Source: Candidatus Latescibacterota bacterium | GTDB taxonomy: Bacteria > Latescibacterota > UBA2968 > UBA8231 | Assembly: GCA_965208105.1 (NCBI GenBank) | Contig: OZ242318.1 | Location: 1,280,001 to 1,344,000, forward strand | Direction of reading: 5' to 3' | Length of the DNA stretch: 64,000 bases | Part shown: positions 36,025-45,560 of the stretch, piece after piece | How positions within the stretch are numbered: the stretch's first letter is position 1 | Layout: each line of letters begins with the position of its first letter | Program-made: the position numbers and the translations under genes | The notes under the pieces: generated by a model | Databases searched by the model: none | Seen by the model: the letters and a program-made list of their open reading frames with translations, nothing else | What the model was told of the DNA's origin: nothing

Positions 36025-36651
36025 ATGTGGTGGGCCGTGGAAGATTCAGTCGAAAAATTGCGACAGATATGCGACAGGTGGCAGGTTCGCCGCTTTTCAC
36101 CGGAGGAAATGGCCGAGCTCCTCGAAGATGGGGAAAGCCCGGACTGGATCGCCGAACAAGTGCTGCCGGACCCCGCGGCGGACCGGGAAGAATTGTCCCG
36201 GTCGTTGGCCGCTGTTGCAGCGCAAGTCGCCCCCGAGGAGCAACTTGGCGGAGAGGAGGACGAGCCACCTGCGGCGGTCTTCGACCTGCCGGAGCTGCAG
36301 AACCTCCCGTTGCCCGCAGGGTTGGACAGGGAGCAGATCGAGCAGGTCCTGGCATCGCCCCAGGGAGCACTGATGGCGGATTTCGGCGCCTTCTGCCAGG
36401 AGAAGGGAATCGAGCCGGGCGGCGACCAGGAGGAGATGGGTGCCGTCCTCGAGGAGCTCCACGAGGAGTGGCTCCGGACTCCCCGGCAGACCCTGGAGGG
36501 CAAGATGCCATCCGAACTGCTCGCGGGCGGCCGCCTCCTGCCCAGGAAGGTCGAGACCATTCGCCGCGAAAGTCCCAAGGTGGGGCGCAACGACCCGTGT
36601 CCCTGCGGCAGCGGAATGAAGTTCAAGAAATGCTGTGGCCGGGCAGCCTAG
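36025..36651 (+). CDS. SEC-C motif protein
   Basis: C-terminal [21 protein letters not shown]; acidic N-terminal region. Start may be GTG 36037. Confidence 0.85.
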   Translation: MWWAVEDSVEKLRQICDRWQVRRFSPEEMAELLEDGESPDWIAEQVLPDPAADREELSRSLAAVAAQVAPEEQLGGEEDEPPAAVFDLPELQNLPLPAGLDREQIEQVLASPQGALMADFGAFCQEKGIEPGGDQEEMGAVLEELHEEWLRTPRQTLEGKMPSELLAGGRLLPRKVETIRRESPKVGRNDPCPCGSGMKFKKCCGRAA

Positions 36652-36752
36652 TGCCTGCTTGCGTAAGTAAGCGTACGAACGAGGGCGCAGAAGCGCCCGG
36701 CTCGCAAGGCGCCTGAGCGAGTCGTACCTGGAGTGTACGGCGAGGGAGGGCA
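36648..36752. repeat. truncated member of the MITE-like family
   Basis: Starts CTAGTG and carries GCGCCCGGCTC.CAAGGCGCCTGAGCGAGTCGTACC...GTGTACGGCGAG at nearly the same offset as copy 1; right arm missing. Confidence 0.75.
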
Positions 36753-36762
36753 TGATGCGGAA

Positions 36763-37305
36763 ATGACCCAACCCAGAGAATCGGACTTCATTCGTGGAGT
36801 GTACACGGTAGACCTGGAGGAACACCGAGACAGGCGCGGTCGCTTTGCCGAAATCTTCCGCAGGGAATGGTTCCCACAGCGCAGCTGGGAGAAGCTGCAG
36901 TGGAGCCGCTCCGAATCGCAGGCCGGAGTACTGCGGGGCCTGCACTTCCATCGCGAGCAGATCGACTACTGGCACTGCGTGGCCGGGCGCCTGCGGGTGG
37001 GGCTCTACGACCTGAGGCGCTCCTCCCCGACCTGCGGGAGAGGCCAGGTCATCGACCTGGACCAGGAAAACCTGAAAGGCCTGTTCATCCCTGCCGGAGT
37101 GGCCCATGGATTCCGTGCTCTCGCCGACGCCACCCTGATGTACCTGGTCGACAACTACTACGACGGCGGCGATGAATTCGGCGTAGCCTGGAACGATCCC
37201 CAGATCAATCTGCCCTGGGGGGCCACCGAACCGCCCATCCTGTCGGAGCGGGACGCCCGGAATCCCCTGGTCGGGGACATCGCCCCGGAGGACTTGCCAT
37301 CTTGA
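36763..37305 (+). CDS. rmlC: dTDP-4-dehydrorhamnose 3,5-epimerase family protein
   Basis: DRRGRFAE, GVLRGLHF, DLRRSSPT, IPAGVAHGF, WNDP, LSERD. Confidence 0.88.
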   Translation: MTQPRESDFIRGVYTVDLEEHRDRRGRFAEIFRREWFPQRSWEKLQWSRSESQAGVLRGLHFHREQIDYWHCVAGRLRVGLYDLRRSSPTCGRGQVIDLDQENLKGLFIPAGVAHGFRALADATLMYLVDNYYDGGDEFGVAWNDPQINLPWGATEPPILSERDARNPLVGDIAPEDLPS

Positions 37306-38177
37306 GAGATTATGGATTGGATCTTCTCGAGGCCCTGTTGGAGACCGGAGCCTTGCGCATCGCCCCTGCGGACGAGGTCTTCTGGTACACCTCGGGCACC
37401 GTCGGCCCCTACTACATCCATGCCGAGAACCTCTACGGCAGTCCGCGCAAGGCGGTCGAAATGCTGGATTTCATCGAGCGCGGGCGAGGCGACAAGGGCC
37501 GGTTCCCCGGGCAGTTGCTCCGGCAGGCGACGACCAACTACGCCGCGGATCCGATTTACCGCTCCGTCATCGACGCTCTCGTCCAGGAAGCGGGACAATG
37601 GGAGGCGGAGATCGACCTGGTCTCGGGCGGTGAGCGGCGTGACTGGTTTTTCTCCATGGCCGTAGCCGATCGCCTGGGAAAGCCCCACGTGGCCATTTAC
37701 AAGGATCTCAGCATGGTGGCACTCAACGGAACCAGGGCTCGACCGGTCGAGGATCTGGAGGGCAAGAAGATCCTTCACGTCGCCGATCTGGTCACCGAGG
37801 CTTCGAGTTATTTCAGGGCCTGGATTCCCGCCGTCCGCGGGTGCGGCGGACGGCTGGCCTACAGCCTCAACGTGGTGGACCGGGGACAGGGAGGGCGGCA
37901 GGCCTTGAAAGGAGCGGGGGTGCAAGCCTCCGCCCTGTTCAGGGTGGATGAAAAGCTTTTCGATGCTCTTCAGCGCGCCGGCCGCATCGATTCAGGGCAA
38001 AGGGGCAATCTGGGGGCTTACTTCCGCGATCCCCATGGCGCCATGCGGGCATTTCTCGAGAAAAATCCTGGATTTCTGCGCCGGTCTCTGCAAGAACCCG
38101 AGCCAACCGCCGGTCGAGCCAGAACCCTGGTGGAGAAGAATCCATACAACCTCGACCTGCAGGCGATACTGGGATAG
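37302..38177 (+). CDS. orotate phosphoribosyltransferase-like protein with an atypical PRPP loop
   Basis: FWYTSG..GPYYI, ILHVADLVTEASS and VVDRGQGG resemble PyrE; overlaps the rmlC stop. Confidence 0.65.
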   Translation: MRDYGLDLLEALLETGALRIAPADEVFWYTSGTVGPYYIHAENLYGSPRKAVEMLDFIERGRGDKGRFPGQLLRQATTNYAADPIYRSVIDALVQEAGQWEAEIDLVSGGERRDWFFSMAVADRLGKPHVAIYKDLSMVALNGTRARPVEDLEGKKILHVADLVTEASSYFRAWIPAVRGCGGRLAYSLNVVDRGQGGRQALKGAGVQASALFRVDEKLFDALQRAGRIDSGQRGNLGAYFRDPHGAMRAFLEKNPGFLRRSLQEPEPTAGRARTLVEKNPYNLDLQAILG

Positions 38178-38234
38178 GCCGGATCCACCGGGCGCAGCGC
38201 TGCACCCGGCAACATCCAATCCCGCCTCGCCCGG

Positions 38235-41200
38235 CTATCCCGCGGCTTCTACCAGGATATCGTCGCTCTCGAGCTGCACCGAGACAAGTTGGGAAACCCC
38301 CTCCTCGGGCATGGTTACCCCGTGGAGAGTGTCGGCGGCGTGCATGGACAGCTTGTTGTGGGTGACCATGATGAACTGGGTTGTGCGCGCGAACTCCTTG
38401 AGCACGCGCACGAATCGTCCGATGTTGGAGTCGTCGAGGGGGGCATCCACCTCGTCGAGGATGCAGAAAGGGCTGGGTTTCACCAGATAGAGGGCAAAGA
38501 GCAGGGCAATGGCGGTGAGGGCTTTCTCGCCTCCGGAGAGCAGGTCGATGCTCTGCGGTCGCTTGCCCCGAGGACGTGCGACGATGTCGATGAATGCCTC
38601 GAGGGGATCGGCGTCGGCCTGCAGCAGCAAATCCGCTTCCCCTCCCGGAAAGAAGCGGAGGAAAGTTTCCTTGAATTTTTCGCGAATCTGCTCAAAGGTT
38701 TCGCGGAATATCCGCCGGGCCCTGCGGTCGATGAGGCTCAGTGTCTTCTTCAGATCCTCGGCCGCTTCCCGGAGGTCGTCCCGTTGCCGGCAGAGAAAGT
38801 CGTAGCGCTCCTTTTGCTCTTCGTATTCCTCCAGGACCCCCACGTGGACCGCACCCAGGCGCTGCAGGGACCGGCGTAGCTCCCCCACGCGCTTTTCGCT
38901 TTGCATCGGGTCGAAATCCGCCGAATCCACCGGCCCCAGAACCTCCACGTCGCAGTTCTGATCCTCCAGAAGGCGCTCCCGGACGCGGTCGGCCATGCCC
39001 TCGAGTTCGGCGACCTGGAGTTCCAACTGGTGCCGGCTCTCCCCCCGCTCCTGCACCTCGCGCTGGATGGCCCCTATCTCCTGCTCCAACCGGCTGGTCT
39101 TCTCATCGGATTCCTGCCAGCGCTCCCAGGCGCGGTCCCTGTCCCGTTCCAGCTCGTCGCGGCGCCCGTGCATCACCTTGAGCTCCGCGGAAATCTCCTC
39201 CTTCTCCACCCTGCCCTCGCGGAGCTGGGCCTCCGCCTGGGCTGCCGCTTCCTCGAGGCGCCGGATATTCTGCCTCAGGGTTTGCTCCATGCTGCTCTGG
39301 TGATCGGACTCCCTTCTTAGGCCCTCGACCTTCTCGGCAACGGCAACTTGATCGACGCGCAGTGAGGACAGCCGATCCTGTTTCCTGCGGCGCTCGTCCT
39401 CGGCCGCCTGCAGTCTTTCACCGCATGCGGCGGTCTTTCCCTGCAGATCCTCGATCTCCATCTCCACCGACTTCAGCTGCCCGCTCTGGGCCTGAATGGA
39501 GGTCTGCAGGTTGCGCCTCCTGCCTTGCAGATCATCACTTTCGGCATCGAGGTGTTCGAGGCGGGACTGCAATTCACCGAGTGCGCTGCGATGCACCTCC
39601 ACCCGGTGAGCATGATCGCGTTTCCTGGTTACCAGATCATCCAATTCCCTGGATACGGCGTCGAAACGGCGGGCGACGACCTTGCGGCGCCTCTCTTCCC
39701 CTTCGAGAGTGGCTTCGAGGGCGGCCAACCGAGCCTGCTGGCTTGCGAGGACCCCCTTCAGATTGCGGATCTCCCGGCGGCGCCCCAGGAGGGAGGCGTC
39801 CGCGCCGCTTTTTCCGCCGGCGACCCGGCCGCAGACATCGATGGCATCCCCCTCAAGGGTAACGAACCGGACCCCTCGATCCGCATGGGGCCGGGTCAGT
39901 TCGAGGGCGGTGTCGAGGTCCTCAACCAGGAAGGTGTTGTGCAGCAGATGCGAAACCAGGACCGCGACCGACTCGCGGCAGCGGACCCGGTCGAGCAGCG
40001 GACCGAGCAACCCCGGAGCGGGGGCCAGGGCAACGGGGGGCGCAACAGGTGCGGAGCTCAACTCGAGGGGGAAGATGAGCGCGCGCCCCGAATGGTTTTT
40101 GAGGTAGCGAACGGCATCGAGGGCGGCGCCGGCACTGGAAGCTACCAGCCCCTGCAACGACTCCCCGATGGCGGTCTCCAGCGCCCGCTGGCAGGCGGGG
40201 TCCACCTCCACCAAATCGGCCAGAACTCCCTGGAACAGGTCGGCGTAGGGTGATTCGAGGAGCAAGGCGCGGACCCCGCTGGCGTATCCCACGTATCCCG
40301 AGCGCACTTTTTCCATCACCTCGAGCCTGGCCTGGTTTGCCTCGATGGCGCGGCGCAACTCTTCCGCATCCCGTTGCAGTTTGCCGAACCTGGCCTCCAC
40401 CTCGTCGGTTCGTTCCTGCAGGGTCCGGCTTCGGCCTTCCATTTCCCGCAGGCGGCCCTCCAGGCTTTGCCCCCGGGCACCGGCCTGGCGCACCTGCTCC
40501 TGCTGCTCCCCGATGCTGGCGGCGACCTCCCCGCTCTCCCGCTGCAGCTGCTCCTCCCGACTCACCAGGCTCTCCTCGGTGGTCCTCAGGCGCTCGAGCC
40601 TCAGGCTGGTATCTTTTTGAGAGCCCATGACTTTCAACCGGCCGGCGTTGTGGGAATCGAGCTCGTTGCGGCAACGGGAGTAGACTTCCTCGCTGGAGTC
40701 CGCGTCTCTGCGGGCTTCACCGAGGCGCTGATCGAGGGAGCCGAGGTCCTGCGAGGCCGCCTCGACCTGGCGGGCGGCCTCCTGTTGCCTCTCCAGGCAG
40801 GTCTCGAGGTCCCGCTTGCAGTCCTGGCGCTCGAGCCCCGCGCGCTCCTCGGTCTGCCGCGCCGTCTGGATGCGGCCGTCCACGACCCTCAAGCTGCCCT
40901 CCCGTTCCCCGATCTCTTCAATGCATCGGGTCAGCTCGGACCCGATTCTGGCCAGATCATCCTGGGCATCGGTCCTGTCCAGCCTCGGCTTTTCCAGCTC
41001 GGCCTCAAGCACCCTGAAGCGCGTCTTGGCCGCCTCGACCTGCGAACTCAGACGGGCAAGCTCTCCCTTCTTCGGGCGCAACTCCTCGCCGCTGGCAAAG
41101 AACCGGAAGCGCCCCAGAACCACCTCCAACTGGTCCAGCTCCTCCTTGATCTGGCGGTAGCGCCGCGCCCTGCCCACCTGGCGGCCGAGGTAGTCGACCT

Positions 41201-41801
41201 GGCGTTTGACCTCGGCAATGATGTCCTCGATGCGGTTGAGGTCGGCGTTGGTGGATTCGAGGCTGTTCCAGGTTGACCGGCGGCGGACTTTGTACTTGGT
41301 GATGCCGGCGGCTTCCTCGAGAATGCGGCGGCGGTTCTCCGTCTTCTCGCTGATGATCTCGTCCACCATACCCTGCTCCATCACCGCGTAGGCTCCCTGG
41401 CCCAGACCGGTGTCCATTAGCAGGTTGTGGATGTCGAGCAGCCGGCAGGGAGATTTGTTGAGGAGATAATCGCTGTCGCCGGAGCGCAGCAGGCGGCGGG
41501 CCAGGGTGACTTCACTGAACTGGACCGGAAGGACATGGTTCGTGTTCTCGATGGTCAGGCTCACCTCAGCCAGGCCCAGCTGCTTGCGCTCGCGGGTCCC
41601 GGCGAAAATCACGTCCTCCATGCGGTGGCTGCGGAAGGTGCTGGGGCGCTGTTCACCCAGGACCCAGCGGATTGCCTCGACCACATTGGACTTGCCGCAA
41701 CCATTGGGCCCCACGATGGCGGTGATTCCGGGACCGAAGGGAATGCTCACCTTGCGGGCGAAGGACTTGAAGCCGAAAATCTCGATCCGGGTCAGACGCA
41801 A
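38235..41801 (-). CDS. smc: chromosome segregation protein SMC
   Basis: GFKSF, Walker A GPNGCGKSN, coiled coils with hinge, LSGGEK signature, Walker B LDEVDAPLD; TTG start at 41801 with RBS. Confidence 0.96.
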   Translation of the reverse strand: MRLTRIEIFGFKSFARKVSIPFGPGITAIVGPNGCGKSNVVEAIRWVLGEQRPSTFRSHRMEDVIFAGTRERKQLGLAEVSLTIENTNHVLPVQFSEVTLARRLLRSGDSDYLLNKSPCRLLDIHNLLMDTGLGQGAYAVMEQGMVDEIISEKTENRRRILEEAAGITKYKVRRRSTWNSLESTNADLNRIEDIIAEVKRQVDYLGRQVGRARRYRQIKEELDQLEVVLGRFRFFASGEELRPKKGELARLSSQVEAAKTRFRVLEAELEKPRLDRTDAQDDLARIGSELTRCIEEIGEREGSLRVVDGRIQTARQTEERAGLERQDCKRDLETCLERQQEAARQVEAASQDLGSLDQRLGEARRDADSSEEVYSRCRNELDSHNAGRLKVMGSQKDTSLRLERLRTTEESLVSREEQLQRESGEVAASIGEQQEQVRQAGARGQSLEGRLREMEGRSRTLQERTDEVEARFGKLQRDAEELRRAIEANQARLEVMEKVRSGYVGYASGVRALLLESPYADLFQGVLADLVEVDPACQRALETAIGESLQGLVASSAGAALDAVRYLKNHSGRALIFPLELSSAPVAPPVALAPAPGLLGPLLDRVRCRESVAVLVSHLLHNTFLVEDLDTALELTRPHADRGVRFVTLEGDAIDVCGRVAGGKSGADASLLGRRREIRNLKGVLASQQARLAALEATLEGEERRRKVVARRFDAVSRELDDLVTRKRDHAHRVEVHRSALGELQSRLEHLDAESDDLQGRRRNLQTSIQAQSGQLKSVEMEIEDLQGKTAACGERLQAAEDERRRKQDRLSSLRVDQVAVAEKVEGLRRESDHQSSMEQTLRQNIRRLEEAAAQAEAQLREGRVEKEEISAELKVMHGRRDELERDRDRAWERWQESDEKTSRLEQEIGAIQREVQERGESRHQLELQVAELEGMADRVRERLLEDQNCDVEVLGPVDSADFDPMQSEKRVGELRRSLQRLGAVHVGVLEEYEEQKERYDFLCRQRDDLREAAEDLKKTLSLIDRRARRIFRETFEQIREKFKETFLRFFPGGEADLLLQADADPLEAFIDIVARPRGKRPQSIDLLSGGEKALTAIALLFALYLVKPSPFCILDEVDAPLDDSNIGRFVRVLKEFARTTQFIMVTHNKLSMHAADTLHGVTMPEEGVSQLVSVQLESDDILVEAAG

Positions 41802-42007
41802 ATCAAAACTCCTCGCTCCTCCATACAGCGAATGACTGCACAGCAGGAGGCAGCATGAAGTTGGGACGGGGACGAAGGTCCTCGAGGCAGTCGGATGATG
41901 TGGGCAATGGGGGAGAGATACCCCTGTAACCTGCTCGGCGGCGGGCAGTAGGAACCGGGGAGGATCAAGGCTGCCCATCTACCACAAGTAGGGGTAAGAT
42001 CAGCCAT

Positions 42008-42036
42008 AGAGTACTACATATTGCAGGACTGGTCAA
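42008..42036 (-). promoter_or_regulatory. possible sigma70 promoter for smc
   Basis: Minus strand TTGACC-N17-TACTCT, about 200 nt upstream of the smc start. Confidence 0.5.
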
Positions 42037-42191
42037 GGCAATTTTGACCTGGGGACACGAGGACGGACAGGATCCGCAGTCCATCCGGGGAATGGCCTGA
42101 AGGCGGGAATTTCACCGGAGGTATTGCTCCCCGGGGCATTCCGCCGCATCTTTCCTGTGTTTTACCCCACAACCTTCTCAAAAGAGTCGCC

Positions 42192-43448
42192 ATGCCAGAG
42201 CGCAATCAGGTCCTCATTTCAGCAGGCAGCCTGTTCGATGGTCTCGGTGGTTGCTCCAAGGCCGACCAGGCCGTGCTGCTGGCTGACGAGCGCATTGCCG
42301 CCGTGGGTCCCACGGAAGAGGTGGAGCGGCAGGCGGCGCCGGGCACCGAAAGGGTCGACCTGGGTTCCGCCTGCCTCACCCCAGGCCTCATCGACGGCCA
42401 CACCCACCTCAGCCTCGGTGGCGACCGGCGCACCTACGCCGAGATGTTCGCCGACAGCGACGAGACGATGGTGCTTGCCGGGGTCATGAACATGCAGCGC
42501 CATCTCGCCGCGGGCATCACCACCATCCGCGAGCACGGAGCGCGCAACAGGGTGGGCTTCACCCTCAAGGAAGGCCTGAGCCGGGGGTACATCCCCGGGC
42601 CGCGGCTTTTTGTGAGCGGTCGTCCGATCACCTGCACCGGCGGCCATTTCCACATGTGCAACGAGATCGCCGACGGCGAGGAGGAACTGCGCCGCTCGGT
42701 GCGCCGCCTGGTGCACGAGGGAGCCGACTACATCAAGATCATGGCCTCCGGAGGAAGCACCGAGGGAACCATCCCGGGCTGCGCCACCTACACCCGGGAA
42801 GAACTGCACGCGGCGGTCCACGAGGCGCACCATTTCAAGCGGCCTACCGTGGCTCACTGCCGCGCCCGGGAGTCCATGCTGCGCGCCCTCCAGGCCGGAG
42901 TCGACCTGCTGGAGCACGTCGAATTCCTCGAAGCGGACGACCAGTACCACTTCGATCCCGCTCTCGCAGAGATGATGGCGGAGGCGAAAATCTACCTCAG
43001 TCCCACCCTTCAGGCATCCACCAGGTATCAGCGCATCCTTCAGCTCGAAGCGCTGCGCGATGCCGATTCCCTGTCGCCCGCCGAGGAAGAGGAGCTTGGC
43101 GCCCTGTCGGAAAGATCCGAGCGCCGCCTGGACCTGATGCGGCGCCTGCTGGAATACGACCTGCGCGACCGCATCGTGCCGGGCACGGACTCGGGGGTGA
43201 GGGACCTGGCCTTCGGACACGTGGACTACGAGCTGCAATTGCTGGTCAGCACCGGGTTCACCGCGGCGGAGGCGCTGACCGCGACGACGCGCACCGCCGC
43301 CGAGGCCATCGGCATGGGGAGCGAAATCGGCACCATCGAGCCGGGCAAGGTGGCGGACCTGGCTGCCTTCGACGGCGATCCCAGCCGCGATATCCGCGCC
43401 CTCAGCCGCGTTGTGGCCGTGTTTCAGGCCGGCCGCCGCATCCGCTGA
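42192..43448 (+). CDS. metal-dependent amidohydrolase (prolidase-like subgroup)
   Basis: PGLIDGHTHL, IKIMASGG, VAHC, LEHV, GTDSG, GTIEPGKVADL. Confidence 0.88.
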   Translation: MPERNQVLISAGSLFDGLGGCSKADQAVLLADERIAAVGPTEEVERQAAPGTERVDLGSACLTPGLIDGHTHLSLGGDRRTYAEMFADSDETMVLAGVMNMQRHLAAGITTIREHGARNRVGFTLKEGLSRGYIPGPRLFVSGRPITCTGGHFHMCNEIADGEEELRRSVRRLVHEGADYIKIMASGGSTEGTIPGCATYTREELHAAVHEAHHFKRPTVAHCRARESMLRALQAGVDLLEHVEFLEADDQYHFDPALAEMMAEAKIYLSPTLQASTRYQRILQLEALRDADSLSPAEEEELGALSERSERRLDLMRRLLEYDLRDRIVPGTDSGVRDLAFGHVDYELQLLVSTGFTAAEALTATTRTAAEAIGMGSEIGTIEPGKVADLAAFDGDPSRDIRALSRVVAVFQAGRRIR

Positions 43449-43462
43449 AGGGAGCCTGCCGC

Positions 43463-44662
43463 GTGGATTCCCCCTGGCCTCCCGGGCGCGATGAAGGAGA
43501 GCGCGGACGCCTCGGACAAATAGCCAGGGTCTTCCTCAAGCTGGGACTGATCGGTTTCGGCGGACCGGCTGCCCACATCGCCATGCTGGAAGACGAAGTG
43601 GTCGGCCGGCGGCGGTGGCTGAGCCGTGAACATTTCCTCGATCTGCTCGGCGCCACCAACCTCATCCCCGGACCCAACTCCACCGAAATGGCCATCCACG
43701 TGGGCTACTCACGGGGCGGCGGGCGGGGCCTGATCGTGGCCGGCGCCTGTTTCATAATGCCGGCCGTGCTCATCTCGGGGCTGCTGGCCTGGGCATACCT
43801 GCGCTTTGGCTCCGTCCCCGCGGTGGCGCCTCTGCTCTACGGGATCAAGCCCGTGGTCCTGGCGGTCATCGCCTGTGCCCTGTGGAGACTCGGACGGACG
43901 GCGGTCAAGGATTGGCGCCTGCTGATGATCGGAATCGCCGTCGCTTCCATCTCCCTGAACCAGGGGCACGAGATCGCCGCGCTCCTGGGAGGAGGATTGG
44001 CGGGGATGTTGTGGATGCGCTGCAGGCCGAAGAGGCCGGCTGGGAAAGCGGTGCAGGCAGGGTTGCTGGCGGCAGCGGCGGGAGGACAACCCGCGGCCGC
44101 CACGGTTCTGGGCGCAACGGCGGGCGCCGCTGCGGCTTCTTTCCCGCTCTGGAAGCTGGGGTTGTTCTTTCTGAAGATTGGAGCCGTGCTCTACGGCGGC
44201 GGCTACGTGCTCCTCGCCTTCCTCGAAGGCGGACTCGTGCACGAATATGGACTGCTGACCCGGGAGCAGCTTCTGGACGCCGTGGCCATCGGCCAGTTCA
44301 CCCCGGGTCCGGTGCTGTCCACGGCGACCTTCATCGGCTACATGGTGGCCGGTCCGGCCGGGGCCGCGGTCGCGACCCTGGGGGTCTTTCTGCCCTCCTT
44401 CATTTTCGTGGCCCTGGTGAATCCATTGGTTCCGCGGCTGCGTCGATCGGCCTGGATGGGGGCTTTCCTCGACGCGGTGAACGTCAGCGCGGTGGGGCTG
44501 ATGGCGGCGGTGGTGGTAAAGCTGGGGCAGGCGACGATGGTGGATGCGCCGGCATGGGGACTGGGTGCGGTGGCGTTGCTGCTGTCGCTGCGCTGGAAGG
44601 TGAACCCCGCCTGGCTGGTGCTGGCCGGCGCGGTTGCGGGATACGCCCTGTCGCAGTACTGA
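43463..44662 (+). CDS. chrA: chromate efflux transporter (CHR family, long chain)
   Basis: FLKLGLIGFGGP, NLIPGPNS, second half FLKIGAVLYGGG, GQFTPGP, FLPSF; GTG 43463. Confidence 0.9.
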   Translation: MDSPWPPGRDEGERGRLGQIARVFLKLGLIGFGGPAAHIAMLEDEVVGRRRWLSREHFLDLLGATNLIPGPNSTEMAIHVGYSRGGGRGLIVAGACFIMPAVLISGLLAWAYLRFGSVPAVAPLLYGIKPVVLAVIACALWRLGRTAVKDWRLLMIGIAVASISLNQGHEIAALLGGGLAGMLWMRCRPKRPAGKAVQAGLLAAAAGGQPAAATVLGATAGAAAASFPLWKLGLFFLKIGAVLYGGGYVLLAFLEGGLVHEYGLLTREQLLDAVAIGQFTPGPVLSTATFIGYMVAGPAGAAVATLGVFLPSFIFVALVNPLVPRLRRSAWMGAFLDAVNVSAVGLMAAVVVKLGQATMVDAPAWGLGAVALLLSLRWKVNPAWLVLAGAVAGYALSQY

Positions 44663-44664
44663 TT

Positions 44665-45528
44665 TCAGGGCCCCGGGCGCTTGAGGCTCGCCAGCGCCTT
44701 CCGGCGCCCCGCCTCCATCTGCTCCCTGCCCCTGGGCGTGCGGCGGCCATCTTCGTCGTAAAGCCTCTCCTCTTCGGTGCAGGCCGCCAGGGGTTCGTAG
44801 AGGTCCGTGCGCCTGGCGCGGAATGGGGTGCGGTTGGACTTCACCGGGCCGACGATCTGCACGCTTATGCACTCGGTCTCGTACTTCTCCAGGTAGAGCT
44901 CTCCGCCGGGGCCGATGATGACCGCGCTCCAGGTGTTGGCGATGATGATCCAGCAGCCGTTTTCGCGGGCACGCCAGCGCATCTTTTCGGTATTGTCGGG
45001 ACCGCCGCTCCCGTCCATTGGAATGAAGATGATCCCGGCGCCCTGCACCGCCAGGGTGCGGCAGTTGTCGGCGCCGCGGTCGCTGCACAGCAGGAAGCCC
45101 ACCCTTCCCAGAGGCGTATCGAAGGGCTCCAGCGCCCCGCCCGGGGTGATCTCGTACTCGCCGGCGGTGGTCACCTTGCGGTAGTGGGCGATTATCTCCC
45201 CATGGGGGTCGGCCATGACGCAGGAGTTGAACAGATCCGCGCCCGATCGCTCCAGGAAGCCGAAGGTCAGGTAGATGCCCAGCTCGCGGCTCAGCTCCCG
45301 CGCCCGCACCAGGTAGGGTCCGTCGGGAACCCTCTGCGCGATCTCCATCATCCCTTCCCTGGTGGAGGTGGGATCGGCGTTGAAGACGTAGCCGTCCAGC
45401 ACCGATTCCGGCGCTATCACCACCTCCGCCCGGCGCTCGGCGGCGGCGCGGGCCCAGTGCTCAAGGCGCCGGTAGTTCTCCTCCAGCTCCCACGGACGGG
45501 ATTTCATCGTAACCACGCCTACCAGCAT
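44665..45528 (-). CDS. carbon-nitrogen hydrolase (nitrilase superfamily)
   Basis: Glu-Lys-Cys triad: APES, YRKV, LLCSD; ATG 45528 with AGGAGG RBS. Confidence 0.85.
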   Translation of the reverse strand: MLVGVVTMKSRPWELEENYRRLEHWARAAAERRAEVVIAPESVLDGYVFNADPTSTREGMMEIAQRVPDGPYLVRARELSRELGIYLTFGFLERSGADLFNSCVMADPHGEIIAHYRKVTTAGEYEITPGGALEPFDTPLGRVGFLLCSDRGADNCRTLAVQGAGIIFIPMDGSGGPDNTEKMRWRARENGCWIIIANTWSAVIIGPGGELYLEKYETECISVQIVGPVKSNRTPFRARRTDLYEPLAACTEEERLYDEDGRRTPRGREQMEAGRRKALASLKRPGP

Positions 45529-45560
45529 CTGGTTCCTCCTCCTGTTGTCCTCCGGCTCGG

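Noticed and set aside
41802-42005. ~200-nt smc leader as a riboswitch or ncRNA
   Set aside because: I could not recognise any known motif or convincing structure by eye.
42656-43462. Apparent long N-terminal extension on chrA (668-aa ORF)
   Set aside because: It overlaps the amidohydrolase in another frame and is Arg/Pro-rich noise; a GTG with RBS at 43463 gives a normal-length protein.
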